Positions 1 through 12,500 of a stretch of 64,000 nt of DNA are shown here, piece by piece. This DNA comes from Amoebophrya sp. A120. Taxonomy: Eukaryota; Protista; Dinoflagellata. Position 1 is the first letter of the stretch, and each line of letters starts with the position of its first letter. Both the position numbers and the translations under genes were made by a program. Location of the stretch: NCBI GenBank assembly GCA_905178155.1, contig CAJINV010000004.1, forward strand, positions 5,268,258 to 5,332,257. The letters run 5' to 3'. Under the pieces are notes generated by a model that ran no database searches, was not told where the DNA came from, and saw only the letters and a program-made list of their open reading frames with translations.

Positions 1-876
1 CATAAGGGCAAGGCTAAAGTAGGCTATACTTATTCGATCTATTTTGGTTTCTAGAGGGGGTAGCTAGTTTACCACAGCGCGCTCAGGAGGGGAGTGTGGT
101 AGGACGTTATCCAGATTAGCATCACCGCCGCAGCGATTGAGGAGGGGTGTTGGTCATGGAAATCGATCCCGCACACACGTAACACGATCGCCCCAAATGA
201 CGCCTGTTCCTCAATGAAATGACAGTTCTGAATGACCTGAACTAGCTAGATCCTTAGGGAAATGGTCAGAATCTATCTAGATCCTAAAGGAAACTCGTCA
301 CCATGTTCCGCGAATCCCCCAAATACTACGAAGGCAAAGCCATCAGGATCGTAGTGAAATGAATGGACTCAGCTCGGTCCAGACGTTCGGAATGGTCGCC
401 CTGGGGGACTTGACTCCCGCCAGGGTCGAGCACCAATCTGAGCAGGTTGAGGAGTGGACTCCCATGCTGTTTGGCCACTTGACTCTGACCAGGTTTGGTC
501 CATATGAATGCGATGAATTTGGATGAATTGAACCTACAGGATGTAACGCAGCAAGAGACTTGCGTCACTTGCTTGCTTACTTGCAATAGAGAGAATTCGT
601 TGAACTGCTGTTGATAACGAGCACAGTGGAGCAAACGTGTGTAAGTGTGTGCGAGTGTTCTCAAGTCCACTAACAATCCTCAATATGGGTGGCCACCTAT
701 AATTTTCCCAAAGTTTTCTGATAAATTGTCTAGTTGCTTCCAAGCTTGCAAAATCGTTTTTTTTTTCCCAAAAATATTTACCAATATTTGTCGTCTTTCA
801 TTCGATGCGAAACAGTGAGTGGCGCGCTGTCTTTTTCGTACAAAAATAAATGCCTTCTTCATCGATTTCCACGTCG

Positions 877-3800
877 CTAGGCAGTCGTGTGCGGGTGGTT
901 TCCTGCACCTACCGCGGTTTTCCCTCCGGCGTTCGGATCAATATCCTCCTCGCCGGAGTAATCTGTTTCGTATTCACTGGACGAATCCGAGGTATTCCCA
1001 GCAAGAACGCCGTTCACCGGCACCGCAAACCCCGCCCCCGCCTATCCTGAGTAACAACGTCCCCATGACCCCCCATAGTCAATGATGGCTGGGAAAATCT
1101 CTGGAAGAATACAGGTTGAGAAGTTTTGGGATGCAAAAATGGCAAGTTTATTTTCGCCGTATTGCAGTGCAGCTTAGCAAGGAACAAAGCCGTGGACGAT
1201 GACGATCACAAAGCTATTTCCTAAATAATCCTGTACGTTTAACATAGCATTAAAACTTCCAAAACACGATTGGGGGTAGGGATGCCTCCCTTGCCCTTGG
1301 GTATGCGCATTACAAGTACTGCTGTACCCTGTCATTCTCATTGCAAATCTGCATGACAACTGTGGTTCGGGAACGTTTTTACACGACAGGATAACGCCAG
1401 TCTTCGGTTTACATTCCTCACGGCCGGTGTCGAGGAGTAGGTCGTGCCCTCGCGATCCACTTTTTCCCGTTGCGCGGCCATATCAAATGCAAATATGTCT
1501 GGGTCTGGAAACTTGTAATGCTGCGCTGGGAATAGTGAATACTGATACTCTGTAATGCACAGGCAAGCATGACAAATATCTGCGCTTCTTTCTGTTGCGT
1601 TTTTCGCATGACAAACTGCGTTTTTGGATGACAGGCAAAAGGGTCTCTTCTTAGACACGCATCACAAGGAGCTTTTTGGTCATGCTAGACAAGCATGACA
1701 AATCTCGCAAGCTTCCATACGCAGACCCAGGCATATTTGCATTTCATAGGCCAGGAGTTTGCGCAAGTCCTCCTTCAGTGCGTTGTTCTGTTTTTGTTCC
1801 GGTGCAGAAGTCAACATCTTGGTCAACGAGCGCGACGGCGAGGTCCGTTGCTGCGAGCTAAATCGCGTCGGAGTCTGACCGGCAAGAAAGTAGTTCGCAT
1901 CTTGTTCGTCCCTACCGTCGTTTTTATTACCCAGCAAAGCATTCCGCCCGACCCAACCCTTGCCCGGGACCCGCTGCCAGCTGCCGTGATAGACAGATTT
2001 GGTTTCTTGGTTGAGTTTGCTACTTTTGCATTTGCTGTTTGAAGATAATGCATTGATGTTACTACTACCTCCAGCAGGTTCTTGGGGGTGCCGAGCGTCC
2101 GACGGAGTCGGAACGGTGGAGACCGGGGACGCGCAGCTGGACGAATGGTTGCAGTGGCTCTTGTTCCGCCCAAAAGGAGGTTCTGCGTTACAGTAGTTCC
2201 TCGGTGTAGTTGTAAGAGCTGCAGCACCGGTACTACGCCCCATGGACGTCGTCCTCGATGTGTTTAGAAGAGTTTTATTGCACGCCGTCCCACCAGCTGC
2301 TCCTGCAACCGGATGAACTTCATCTCTGCTGGTTGTAGTTGCTTCCTGGGTTGAAGTGGAGGTAGAACTAGAACCTGTTGTATGATCGTGTTTATTAAAC
2401 ACATCTTCAACACTACTCGTTCCTTTTCGCACCGCCTGGTCGAGCTCGCGTTCTTCCTGTAGTTCCCGCTCCTGGTGGCCCTGGTTCGCCGTGGCCGTCC
2501 CCGTGTCTGTGTCACTAGAATTATTAGAACCCAGGTCCGAAGAACAAATCTGCAGTTGGCTCACTCGCGATCGACGGGTGAGGGAAGTAGAGGAGCTGCT
2601 TGTGTAGTTTGTTCCAGGGAGATGAGTTGATGCGCTAGCGGTATTTTCACATTGTTGCCCTTGTTCCTCTCGTCGTGGTCCCGTTGTGCTTCTACTGCCC
2701 GCAGGAGTTGTCCTGGGAGGACTTGGACTTGCCACGGCCGCCGGGAGGTGTTCGTCACAACTGCTCAGGTCGTCAGTGGATAGTAGTACTTCGGTCCCAG
2801 GTACTACTGGCGTGTCGTTTTTTCCGTCCCCGTCCGGGGACGGAATATAATTACAGACCGTCCCGCCTCCCGCACCCGACGACACGCGCGTGGTGGTCTC
2901 TGACTCCGCGCCGGAGAAGATCATGGGCCGCTCGGGTCGGCTGTCAATGTGCATTTGGTCTCCTCCAGAGGGGTCGGATGCATCATCCTCCGCATCTCCC
3001 ACCCGCAGATGCAGTTGATCCAGCCCCTTCACCAGGAACCCAAAGTCCGCCTCGTTACGAGCGCGGTCTTCGACTTGTTGTTTGTGCGCTGAGGCTGCAC
3101 GCGGCTCGTTGTTGTTTTCATCTCCTGCCCGTACTTCTACTCGCGGTTGCTGATCCTCGTCGTGGTTCTCGACCGACACCGCTCCTACGCCCCCATCTTC
3201 ATGTGTTGTAGCAGGAAAAACCGCGGCCCTCGAGGACTCCTGCAGGCTCGTTGTGTGAGCCTCCTCCAGCATCACAGGAGCCTGTCTATTTTCCACTTGG
3301 TGCATCAGCTTCTCATAGTTCTTCATCTCTTCGGACGACGACTGATCCTCTGTCCGCTCTTGCTCGGTTCGGTCGAAATAACTGGAAGCGTCGTCAAGCT
3401 GTTGACCAACGTGGTCCTCGGGACTATCTGCTGTGCCGGCTGGTCGCGTCACATTAAAAATGTGGTCTTCAGATGAAAACAAGAAGAGATCACCTTCTTC
3501 TCCATCGACATTGTGGTTGTCCATGTCCTCCTCTTCCGGCTCACTGCTGGGACGCAGCTCCATCGGGTCTTCAAAGAGCTCGTCTGCTAAGTCCTCGATG
3601 TCGCCCGCGACCGCGGCGGCGGTCCCAATCACGCGAGGCTTGTTGTGCATGACAAGTGACTTCATTTTGTTCACGGCTTGTCCGCTTGGGTCATTACTAG
3701 CCGAGTCTCTCCCCCTGAAAGACGTCCTTGACGAACAGGATCGCGCGGAGAGGCAGCTCTAAAATGCAAAAGTGTCTGGGTCTGGAAAAATGCAACTTGT

Positions 3801-4868
3801 GCTGCTGCATTTGGATGTCTAAAAAATTCGTGTTGCATGAGCAGCAAAAGGAGTCTAATTCTTGCTACGCGGAGGGGGCATTTGTCATGCAGAATAGGCA
3901 TCAAGAATCCCTCAGAAAACCTGTGATGCTAGGGCATGCATCACAGACATCATGGCTCACGCAAACCGTGCATGACAAGTCTCAGAATCTTCCAGACCCA
4001 GACATTTTTGCAATGTATAGCAGCTGTGGTAGGTCGACTGGGAGACCGAGCGCTGCAAGGATTGCAAAAATTGGCTCTGCCGTGGTTCTGCGCTGCCGGG
4101 GGAATAGGTATCATCATGCTCGTCGGATTTTTTAGATGAAGTGCCGGAATTTCTTTTTATTTCCAGGTCGTCGTTCAACCTCGCTTCCATCTCGCTTCGC
4201 TTGGTGAGGAGCTGTGCCGTCAAGACAACGGGAGATGTGGCTGTGGTGCCTGTGCCACGACTTCGAACATTTTTAAACCATTCGGTACTAGTACATTCGG
4301 TAGTACTTCTACTGGTCCTCGCGGGCGTTCTCTGATCTCTTGCTGTGGTCTCCACCTCTTCTTCTTGAAGATGCTCCTGCAAGTGCGACGCCGGGGGCGC
4401 TGGGATCATTTCACCTTCTTCGTAACCCACGACGACTCCTTGTTGTGGTCGTCCTCCATGTCGAGATCTACAAGCTGTTTTGGTCGTTGTAATTGATGCT
4501 GCTGTCTTGTTTTCATTGTGGTCTGTCGCGACCGATGTTGGGACGGAACGACCGGAAGGTTCTTGTTCATCTCGACCTGGCCGCCCGGGCGAGGCAGCTC
4601 GCACAAGAGGGAAAGACAAGGAGGGTATTAATGTTGTAGTTTCACATTCATCTTCTTCATCGACCATAAAGATTTTTCCCATCAGCAAAGCAGTTACGAG
4701 GACCACGGCGGTAGTTGCAGTTCCACCTACAACGCAGCACGAAGTAGATTTCGACCGCACTTTTCCGCTGCAGGAGCTTCGAAGAGGACAACCTCGCAGC
4801 CGCGCCGGCCTTCCACACTCCTGCGTTGTTGTTCTCAATGAACAAGACGACCAAAAATTCCAGGACAT
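877..4868 (-). CDS. Spliced hypothetical low-complexity (S/T/E-rich) protein, ~1030 aa, 3 introner introns, hydrophobic segment near the N-terminus
   Basis: ORFs 3957..4889, 1680..3674 and 1338..1658 join in frame when elements 3758-4019, 1481-1748 and 1043-1393 plus one 5-bp repeat each are removed (3096 nt). First ATG at 4868, stop TAG at 877-879. Start is tentative. Confidence 0.7.
1043..1393. mobile_element. Introner family B (TIR TATCCTGAGTAAAAACGTCCCCAC)
   Basis: TAT..ATA, DR ccgcc/acgcc. Confidence 0.85.
1481..1748. mobile_element. Introner family A (TIR TATCAAATGCAAATATGTCTGGGTCTGGAA)
   Basis: DR ggcca. Confidence 0.9.
3758..4019. mobile_element. Introner family A
   Basis: DR gcagc; left end TCT. 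Confidence 0.9.
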
Positions 4869-6522
4869 GCCGGCTCGGGTCGGCGACACAATTTCGGTTC
4901 TTGATGGACGACAACAATGATGTTGGGCGGTGCTCGAGCTTGATGTTCTCGTGAGCTTGAGCAGTTCCAGTTCCGAGACTATATTACATTCCGGTTCTTC
5001 CGGTCAGCGCCAGTGCGGTCTATCAGAGCCCGAGGAACGAAGCGTGCTCCCGTACTTCTCGGAAGCTATTTCGGAAAAAAATCTGATGAAAATACTTAAC
5101 GTCATCATGTTTACATGATCTTCATGTTCATGCAAGTTAACCTGCGACTGCGAGCGTCTTCATATGCACTCGATCATTTTGTCGAAGAACAATAATTTCC
5201 TCCTGCTGATTTTTCATCTTCGCCCCACAGGCGCTCACCGACGAGGAAATGATCGCGCTTGTTTGTTCCCGTCCCTTATCGTAGGTTTGCTCCTCTTGCT
5301 CTTCTGAAATGAGAAAAAGATGGACATTTTTAGGGCCTTGAACATTTGATGCCGTGCCCGGGCACGGAAAGAAAGAAAGAAAGAAAGAAATCGACGGACG
5401 TAAATTGTACTGCAATAGTACTGCAATGCTTGCTCAATTTCAGGACTTCCACTGCCAATACAACGCCACAAAGATCAAAATAGCAGTACTGCAGAAGCAG
5501 CTGAAAATTGATTAAGTAATTCTTTCTTACTTTATTTCTGGTGACGCCGAAAAATTCAATTTTATTCTACATCTTCTCCAATGATTAATTACATTTGTGA
5601 TACAAAAATCCGTGGCTCTTTCTACCATCAAACTTGTACAAGAATAGGAAAAGCAACTAAAATGGAATAGGTACGAATAGCAAATGCATTTTGAAAAAAA
5701 ATCCGTCGCCGGCCATTGCAGCAATTCAAATCAAGATCAACAGAAACAGAAAGTGTTGTAAGTACGGAATTCGATACTTAGAATTTATTTGGCTAGGTCG
5801 TGTCTCACTTCTGGAGGTTTTTTCTTACGACAACGTGATTTTTTCTAAACAGATTTCTCGCGCGCCGGACGGCGAAAAGCTACTAGGTTCTTCAGGATTG
5901 AAGCTAGAGAAATGAAAATTGTCAACATTGATAAAGACAACGCGGAAGCGTTCGCGTTGCTGCAATAAAGAAACCATATGTATAGAAGTCCGTAAACCAG
6001 TCTTGTTTCAAATCTACATTGAGGAGTGCTAGTGTACTGGGTACTACGGGGCTTCTACTTACGCAAACAGTAAGACAGACACGGCCAAATTCGCGTCTTC
6101 GATTTGAGTTGCAAGCATTGATTTCAAGTATTCAGAGACAGAAATGAAGTTGTGAAGTATTAAAAGTGTAAGAAGATCATCGGGCTCGTCGATCATATTT
6201 GCTTTGTACACGAAAAGATGTGCAAAATTCATTTTTTTCGCTAGTAGATGATGAAAGAATGGATTGATACATTACGAGCAAAGACGAGGTCCGTTGCCTT
6301 TTGGTGTTAAGGACCTTGGAGGCACAATCGTGCGCCCGCCCATAGGCTAGATATACTTTTACTTGTTCTACTTGAAGTTGCTATAAACTGATTCCAATTT
6401 GTCCTCTATTGGCCGTAGCTGAAGCTGTGCCTTCGGGGAACATGAGTTTGAGGTAAAAATTGTGATTATCGCATGCCTTCCAGCTCGGAGTTGGATCGGT
6501 AAAACTAAAAATCTCGATCCTT

Positions 6523-9500
6523 TTAAAACCCCGTGGTCACATTATGAAAGTGCACAACTCCCACTCCCCCTCATTTGTATTGCGTGAACAGCAATACAAG
6601 CGTCAGCAAGAATACGGGTTTTGCGTGACAAATTTGGAAAGGAGTGTAGTGTTATTTGGGCTGCCACAACTTGTGATGCAAACAGTCCAAAGAGCCAAGG
6701 CGTCAATTAGGTATTTTGCATTACCAATGAGGGGGAGGGGGAGTTGTGCACTTTCATACACATCCGTGACGGTGTAGTTGATCTGGTACCCAGTCGACTC
6801 GTAGGCTTCGTTGCTGTAGAACTCGATGAAGAACGCGTTGGATTTTTCCGTGAACAAAAACTCGTTCGTTCGGTTCTCCCCGCACAGCAGTTGCCTCGGC
6901 GGCTGCCCCACGCTGCCCCGCCAAACGCCCTTCCAGATCAGAACCCGGTCGAACACGCACGACGGCGAGAATTCCAAGGTATCAAATGCAAACATGTCTG
7001 GGTCTGGAAAATTCGAACTTGTATGTAATGCTGGTCTTGCATTCCTGTGGAATTTGTATTGCATGACCAACAGAAGTAGTCATCATAGATACGTCATACA
7101 GAAACGCAGTTTCCCATGCGGGCTGCGCATAAGCCAGAGTCTTTGAAAGTTGTCATGCTTAGCTGCATTCGGAAGTGTTTCGAACATCCACACTTTAGCA
7201 TCACAAGTTCTTGCCTGACGCAGATATATTTGTATTCCATACACGTCCATGAAATCCAAATTAAAGTGAAACATGTAGTCCCGTGTCTCGAACGTGGTCA
7301 ATTCGATGTAGCACGCCGTGTTGGGGTTGTACCGCTGCTGCGGGTTCGCCGATTTTGTGTGGGACAAAAGCCCGCTCCACCGGTCCCACCCGATGGTCTG
7401 GTTGGTCAAGGGGTCTACCCGTAGCGGGCGGATCAACCGATGCCGGTCCACCTGAGGCGACGCCAAGCACGGCGTCGGGTCGTTCATCACCGTGCGGCGG
7501 ATCGGGTACCCCGGAAAGGTCTCGGCGGAGTGGAACAGGAATTGAGGCGGAACAATCTGTAAGCAGGTACAGGATAGAAGACCGTTGACGAGACAAAGAA
7601 CGTAGAATCATGATGAAAGTCTCGATCTATCTGCAGCTCGCTTCTTCCACAGAAATGCAAATGCCAATGCGCAGAGGACATTACCAGATCTTCGATGAGG
7701 TGGAAAATGTAAATGATCCAACATCAAACCTAACCGACAACTACAAACTCTCCTTTGATATATATGCATTATACCTGCTCCACGCCGTCGGGCGTCTTCC
7801 ACTTCAGCCTGAGAATGGCAGCCCGGGTCAAGTACGGCTCTCGGTAATCCAGGTTCCTCGCTACGTAGTACTGGTATTTCACTGAAAGCGCGTACAGCTG
7901 CTCCTTTGTCAGGTAGACCGAACGGGAGACAAACGTGTCAAACAGCTGCGTGGTGCCGTTAACGAGCTGTTTTTATAGTAATGTTAGCTTTTCTTTTGGT
8001 GTAGAGACACTTTTTCGGAACATGAAGATCATCACTTGAGCTAATATTCTAAAACAATTGAAATTTATAAAATTACCTGGTCCCGATTCGGATCGGACTC
8101 CACGCCGAACAGCAGCGCGCCCTCCAGGAAGACCTGCGCCTTCCCAAATACCTCCAACTTAAACTCATAGGTGCCCGAGACACCGGGAATCAAGTGGCCC
8201 GTGAATTCCTCTTCATCGTAGTCGCTGGTGTCCTGCGCAATCATGTAGCGCACACTGTCCACCACCTCGGCCCGGGCTCGGGGGTCGTTATCAATTGCAA
8301 AAGTATCCGTATCGTACTAGTGGTAATTGAAATTACAATTTTCAAACTAGCAAAACACGATGACAAGAATAAATGGACTTGTTCTATTCCATCGACTGCG
8401 TTAAAAACTAAAAAAAAAGATTTGCGCGTAGCACGAGTACGATACAACTTTTGCACAGGATACTCGTTGCGGTCTAGCAACTCGGAACGGTAGGTGGCGC
8501 GCAGCTTCAGACCAAACTGGCGCTCGAACCCACACGCCATCTACAGAATTTTTGTGTTTTTAGATAACGTGCAATTCTAGAAAAAGTTTATTTTCCGAGA
8601 TTTTCTTTTTTGCAAGTAAGTAAGTACCTCCTATGAAAGTAGTAATTTCGCCTCGCTCTACTTCTGGCCGCACGAGAATACAAAAAACGCCCAACGTACC
8701 GGCACGAAATTTGGCCTGATGGTCCTCAATCCGAGCCCGTCTTCCGTTTCCGTGAAGTTCACACTCGGATCCATCACCGCGGTCGTGTAGTCCGAGGCCA
8801 CCCACTATGCAAGCAGAAAAAACTGTTTCACTGTACACTTTTGATGCATGATAGAATGGAACACAGACGCATTTGTCTTGCAGCTACATATGCAACTGCA
8901 AGACATTCGCTTTCTCGCATGGCAAGTTTTCGTTTTCACGGACGCTGCGTGACGCAAGTAACTCACAAAATCCTTACGGGTAAAACTACGCTTTTTTCTC
9001 ACGATACCCACCGGCGCCACTTTCCCGGAAAGGTACTGTCGTCCTGTGCGGTGCAGACCAGCTCCGGGTCCCCGTACACCATTTCTTTGCGAATCGGACA
9101 GGACAAGCTGAGGCGCGCCCCGTAGGTGAAATACAGGTTTGGGTCGAAGTAGGTCAGAATGTTCTTGTTTTCCAAGTCCTCCATGTTTGGATCGATGGCC
9201 GGCGCCGGGCAGAAATTGCTGATCAGGCCGCAGCTGTCCACGTTGGGGATACTGGCCATGGTGGTGGGGCAGTTGGTCTGCGGACCGATGATGTTGGACC
9301 AGAAGCCCTGTTATAAGAGTGCGCATCAACGAACTCCCCCTCATTTGTCATGCAAAACGCCTTCTAAAAATCCACCCTTTGCATGCCCTGTGGCGCTGCT
9401 TGCGCGACAGATTGTGCCCGAACAAGCGGAAACAGCACTGGAAGCGGTCGCGAATTTGTCATGCAAAAGCTGCACTTGTGCCAGCACTTGTGTTGCTGTG

Positions 9501-12500
9501 GATGCCATCCAAATGAGCGGGAGGAGGAGCTATGTGCACTCTCATACCTGTTCCACGCCGTTCACAATATCCCACGAAAAAAGTGTTACAGTTACACATT
9601 TGTAGTCAATTCAGCAACACAAATTTCTCTGCATCAGAGAGAAGACTTGTAATGCAGAAATCCTACGGGAAAACACCTATGAAACGAGGCTCCTATGCAT
9701 ATCCGGCATGACAGAGCTTGTCTGTCTTGCTTGGCCTGCAACACAATGTGTAACTGTAACACTTCTTTCTTCTTGCGATACACAACCACGACGCAGCACT
9801 GGTACACCATGCGGTGCGCGATCAGAGGCTTGTGCGGCGTGTATCGTGAGTAAAAACGTCCCCACACAGGAGTTGCAATGCAAATCTGCATGCTGGAAAT
9901 GTTTCTCATGCGGAGACCCATGCGAAGCAGTCTCTAGTCGTGTTGTGGGATTTGTGATGCTAGAATCAGCATGATATGCTAGATCTGTGATGCTGCTGAA
10001 CAAGCTAAACAGGATTACACTGCGAGGCCAAACTTGTCATGCGCAGCAGCAAAAGCTGACAGATTTGTCTAGCAGATTTCCCAGCTTGACTCTGGTGTGG
10101 GGACGTTTTTACTCAGGATAGCGTGTACGCGCGGTTCAGCTCGTATCCCATCTTGCACTGCATGAACGCTTTGGAATTCAACGACCGGTCTAGGGGGAGA
10201 AGGAAGTACCTGCGGAAAGGAAATGTTAAACTCATACATAAGGTCGAATCGGTCGAATCTTATTCTGCAGGAGGAGCTGCAAAAAAAGCATAAAGTAGAG
10301 AAAACAGAAACACCCCTAATATTTTCTCGTCGTATAGTGATAGTTGTACTACTCGTTTTTATTCTATACCCTTGCGAGTTCGGCGTGATTGTGCTCAACA
10401 TGGGGCACACTTCCTTACTCCCGCTGCAGGCCAGGGGCACGCCGGGGATGCCGTCCGCCTGGATCCAAATCCCGACGTAGTTGCCGGGCGTGGGCTCCGC
10501 AACGCCGCAGAACAGCTGTGACGAGCCGAAACTGGGGAGGTACCCAGTGAGACACTGGAAACTGATCATGGCGCCCATCGGGTTCAGTGCGGCGCCCGTC
10601 ATCACCGAGTACACAAGCGTCTCCGCAGCGGGGGCCACACAAAAATCGGTGCGGGCCGTGCACGCAAAGTGCGGGCCGGCGGGGGGCAGCGTGGCGTTCG
10701 CTTGTATCGACCTTGCAAACTACATCGAGATGAGCCTGGGTCTGCGAAACCTTGTCACGCAAGTCAGCGAATCTTCGTGACGAGCACACTGTCACGCTCA
10801 CGCACCGCGAAGCATGACAGGTTTTTTCGTGGCTCTGTGTTACTTATGCAGCATGAGTTCTTGAGAACCACTGCGCGTTTGCACGACAGGCAGGCGAGCT
10901 CTTCGCAGCTACACAACTATACAGAGCTTAGAGTCAACATGATGCCAAACCTGCATGACAGGTCTCGCAATCTTCCAGACCCCGATCTTCGCTGTTTGCA
11001 CTGGATAGTTTGGTTCACGATCCAATACCCGTCGTGCGCAAACTCGCCGACCTTTTGGTTGTGTGTTTGCTCGATTTTGAATCCATATCAATTCTCGAAC
11101 GAGGTCCTCAAAACGACCAAGCATCAAACACTTCAGCAGCTTAAGACGACTGCACTGCAGCATGATCCATACGACGAACAAAATCGAAAGACGATGTTCT
11201 TGAGCCAGATGATTTATTCGAAATATCGAGCCTGCAAGATGTTGACGAAGATGCACGACAGCAAACTATGTATAGATACATAGTCCAACAACGCGGTCGA
11301 AATTGAAAGTAGAATATACCTGATAATCCGCCGGCCCGGTCCTGGTCGTGAAAGTGGCGTTGCCCTTGTAGTGCTCACACCGTAGGGTTTGAAACGGCTG
11401 CGGGCTGCGCTCAAACGCGGGCAGGCACTGGGTGTAGGCGGTGTCTGCCAGTTTCTGCACTCGGTTTTTCGTGGTATCGTAAGGAAAAATCCCCCCTTCC
11501 CATATCGATAAGGCACACCTCAGAAAATTTGCCATGCTGATTTGTGACCACAAATCGCATTTGTGACGCAAGAAAGCAACGCCACAGGCTCCGCTCCACT
11601 ATCTTCATGCAGGCGGTTTGTAATGCTGTTGGGCCTACGGCATAGACGTTCCTCATGCTAAGCGCCTAGGCCAAAACCTCTCGACTCCGGCACCATATGG
11701 GCCTGCAGTCCTCTGCTGCAAGACAAATCTGATCTGTGTGCGCAAATCCAGCATCAGAAACTTCGTTTCGATGTGGGGAGGGGGGATTTTTCCTTCTGAT
11801 ACGTGGTCCCGTGCACCAACTGCGGCAACGGGCAGTACTGTTCGATCGGCACACAGGAGAGCAGTTGCGCGTTGCGCAGGTTCGTCCCCGTCCCGGTGCG
11901 CGTCTTCCAGACGCCCTCAAACCCACAGACCACCTCGTCGTCCCCCGCGTACCGGACAAACCCCTCGGCGCACGCTCGCCGGTAGATCGCGCCCAACCCC
12001 CGGCCGCCATCGAAGAGCACGGTGTAGGAGGCGGAGGTGGGAATCGCAGGGCAGAAGAAGGGGTCGAGTTCGCAGTGCATGGTCGCCGCCACCTGCTGAA
12101 AAGCGACCGAGTACCACAGGCCCTGGGTGCCCACCAAATTCATGTTGCACATCAACTCCGCGTCCCCGTACTTGCGCACGTACCCCGCGTTGCAGCCCAT
12201 TTCGGCCCGCGTGTCCAGCCCGCGCGCGTTGTTGGGCGAGTCGTAGTATGGATTGCAAATATGTCTGGAGGGTCCGGAACGATACAAGGTTTCTCATGCA
12301 CATTTTGCATGACCCAGGATGTCTGTAATGCATGCCCCTCCATCACAGATTTTGTGAGGGCTTCCTGATGCCTATACTGCATTACAAATGCCCTCTGCGC
12401 GGGGCAAGAGCTGGTCACTGGACTGCGCTGGCTGCTCATGGTGCAATACAGATTTTAGTAGGATCGAAAGGCCGCATCACAAGTTTGCATCCTTCCAGAC

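Noticed and set aside
1-680. Compositionally distinct segment with ORF 326..676, possibly a transposon fragment
   Set aside because: No terminal repeat or protein motif could be recognised, and it is cut by the window edge.
8541-8627. Alternative donor gag|gtactt at 8627
   Set aside because: It would include an in-frame TAG; the donor at 8699 keeps the frame.
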